From: Octopus sinensis
Taxonomy: Eukaryota
DNA: 64,000 nt
Reading direction: 5' to 3'
NCBI RefSeq assembly: GCF_006345805.1
Contig: NC_043004.1
Span: 37,696,001-37,760,000 of the forward strand
The position numbers and the translations under genes are program-made. Shown here piece by piece: positions 62,234 to 64,000 of this stretch; position 1 is the first letter of the stretch, and each line of letters begins with the position of its first letter. The notes beneath the pieces are model-generated. The model had not been told where the DNA came from, did no database searches, and saw only the letters and a program-made list of their open reading frames with translations.

Positions 62234-62424
62234 ATATTATAAAGGGGGCTGGTTTGTGGGGTTACCCTGGGTTTCTAGGTTTAGCCTTATGACGTATCTT
62301 CAGACTCCAAATGCTGCTGGTCTTAGGCCAGCAGTGTTTGGGATCTAAAGATACGCCATAAGGCTAAACCCCTTATGAGTGAGAAACCTAGGGTAACCCT
62401 GTAAACCAACCCCCTTTATAATAT
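62234..62424. mobile_element. Fold-back (fully palindromic) MITE-like element
   Basis: Arms of ~90-100 bp with about ten transition mismatches and one 10-nt indel; AAGGGGG...CCCCCTT termini within TA context. Confidence 0.8.
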
Positions 62425-62468
62425 TAACTGCTCTATATCTTAGATTGTGCTTCTTCCCCAGAATTATT

Positions 62469-62544
<76 letters not shown>

Positions 62545-63089
62545 TACATTTTAGTATTAATAACTTATATATACATGTAATTACTGCTCTACAGTGATGG
62601 GAAATGATAATTTCTTTTCTTTCAAGTCATCATATGAATTGTGATAACACAGTGACCCCAACATAGAAATTAACTTTCACAAGCTTTCAATTTCTTCAAC
62701 AACTTCAAACAAATACAAGAGGATACTGGAATCAATATAATTTGGTTGATGCTGGATTAAACTTATAATTTGGATAAATGTTTTTACTGATGTGTCTGTA
62801 TAAAGTAACATCATGCAGAGTAAGAGAGGAAAAACAAAAAGGCAAAATGCCATCTTGCTGTCTTAAAAACTACTATTCGACAATGTATTAAAAATACTTT
62901 TCCATCGTTGAAATCTTCGATAATAGAATGGCTTGAAAACCACATATTGATAAAAGAAAATATACAAAACTTAATTTTTATTTTAGAATTTTCTTGATAG
63001 TGTGGGCCTTGATAATAATTTTCTTTTAGTAATAGTTACATACTCCAAGAACATGACTACTAACAAGTGACAGAATACACTCTTAACAT

Positions 63090-63712
63090 TTTCTCTAACA
63101 ATTTCTAACATAGCAGTGTTTCCATTTTTGGTGTTGAACAGCAACTAGACTTCCAGTAGAGCAAGTGCATGATATTGATAGACTTCGATGATACCCCTCT
63201 GAATTCAATGATTCTACCCAAAGAACTTGTAGGGCACACTATCGAAGGCTTTTTTGGAATCAATAATTTTGACTATAAGAAATTCCCTAATCCGTAGAAG
63301 AGTGAGTATTTATTCTATGCAAGGCCTCCCGTTTGGAAAACCCATTTGATAATCACTGACATATTTGTCTGTCGCATTGTTCAAGAGATTTCAAAATTTG
63401 TTCATCTTAACGCTATCAAAGGCCATTCAGTAATCCACAAAAGTGATACACAGAGGAAGCTTGTATTTGTTCTCTCATTCTATGAACTATGCTAGAGTGA
63501 ATACTTGATCTATCATTCTACAGTTCTTACAGAAGCCAGCTTGCTCTCTCGGCTGTTGGAGGTCGAGGTGTTTGCTGACTATCAGCTTCATAAACAGCTG
63601 ATGGAAGTGAGACAAGAGGTACATGGGGTGATAGTTTCTTAAATCTCCTTTATCACCTTTCTTATGAAGCAGGATGGTAGTTGACTTTTTCCATGTTTTC
63701 AAATTTGTTTAT
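63090..63712 (-). mobile_element. RTE-clade RT fragment (different subfamily)
   Basis: WKKSTTILLHKKGD..DLRNYHPM.LLS...QPREQAGF...; EYKLPLCITFVDY*MAFDSV. Confidence 0.85.
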
Positions 63713-63749
63713 CAAATACAGTTCTATATTTAAGAGATGAGGAATTATG

Positions 63750-63880
63750 TACGTCATTTATATTATTTACATTTGACTGATATTTGTCCTCATCTAGTTT
63801 GTTGTTAACACATTTCACCTGATATACCTTCCAGCTTTCATCAGGTGTTTTGGGGAAATTTCGAACCTGGGTTCTCATTT
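63750..63880 (-). mobile_element. Second copy of the 6592-6780 hammerhead-bearing element, decayed
   Basis: Same sequence; CGT deleted after GAAA and a mismatch in stem II. Confidence 0.75.
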
Positions 63881-64000
63881 GTTTATTAAAGTATTCTCAT
63901 TAAATTCACATTTAGATTCCAATCCAACACGATTCTGCTGCATAAGTGTCCTAATGTCCTTAGTTGTAGCAGTTATGTGCATTTAGTTGGTTCTGCTGCA

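Noticed and set aside
62650-62990. Protein-like fragments (QLQTNTRGYWNQY; RVREENKKAKCHLAVLK)
   Set aside because: Interrupted by stops and no family recognised; possibly an old transposase but unsupported.

Overview
Eukaryotic, AT-rich, repeat-dense genomic DNA. It is most likely from an octopus; this is inferred from the C2H2 gene style and from SINE/RTE repeat families I recognise from memory, not from a database search. Three host genes are supported. (1) The 3' part of CSTF2 (CstF-64) on +, with 7 exons in 1118-16588 and the RRM exons lying upstream of the window. (2) A 14-finger C2H2 zinc-finger CDS on - (20821-22158). (3) A complete 8-exon carbonyl reductase (CBR1-like SDR, 277 aa) on + (34867-59877). 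The rest is a mosaic of tRNA-derived SINEs, RTE, R4/Dong, L1/Tx1 and CR1 LINE fragments, two Gypsy relics, hAT, mariner and piggyBac MITEs, Penelope-like (PLE) fragments and microsatellites. There is no CRISPR array and no genuine tRNA or rRNA gene. The most interesting observations are: about eight dispersed minimal hammerhead-ribozyme motifs of PLE type, ranging from catalytically intact to fossils explained by CpG decay; an unexplained 232-codon Ser-rich frame inside a CSTF2 intron; an L1/Tx1 RT frame that could be spliced in-frame onto the CBR first exon; and a 212-bp near-identical island between two otherwise diverged hAT copies. All alignments and folds were done by eye.
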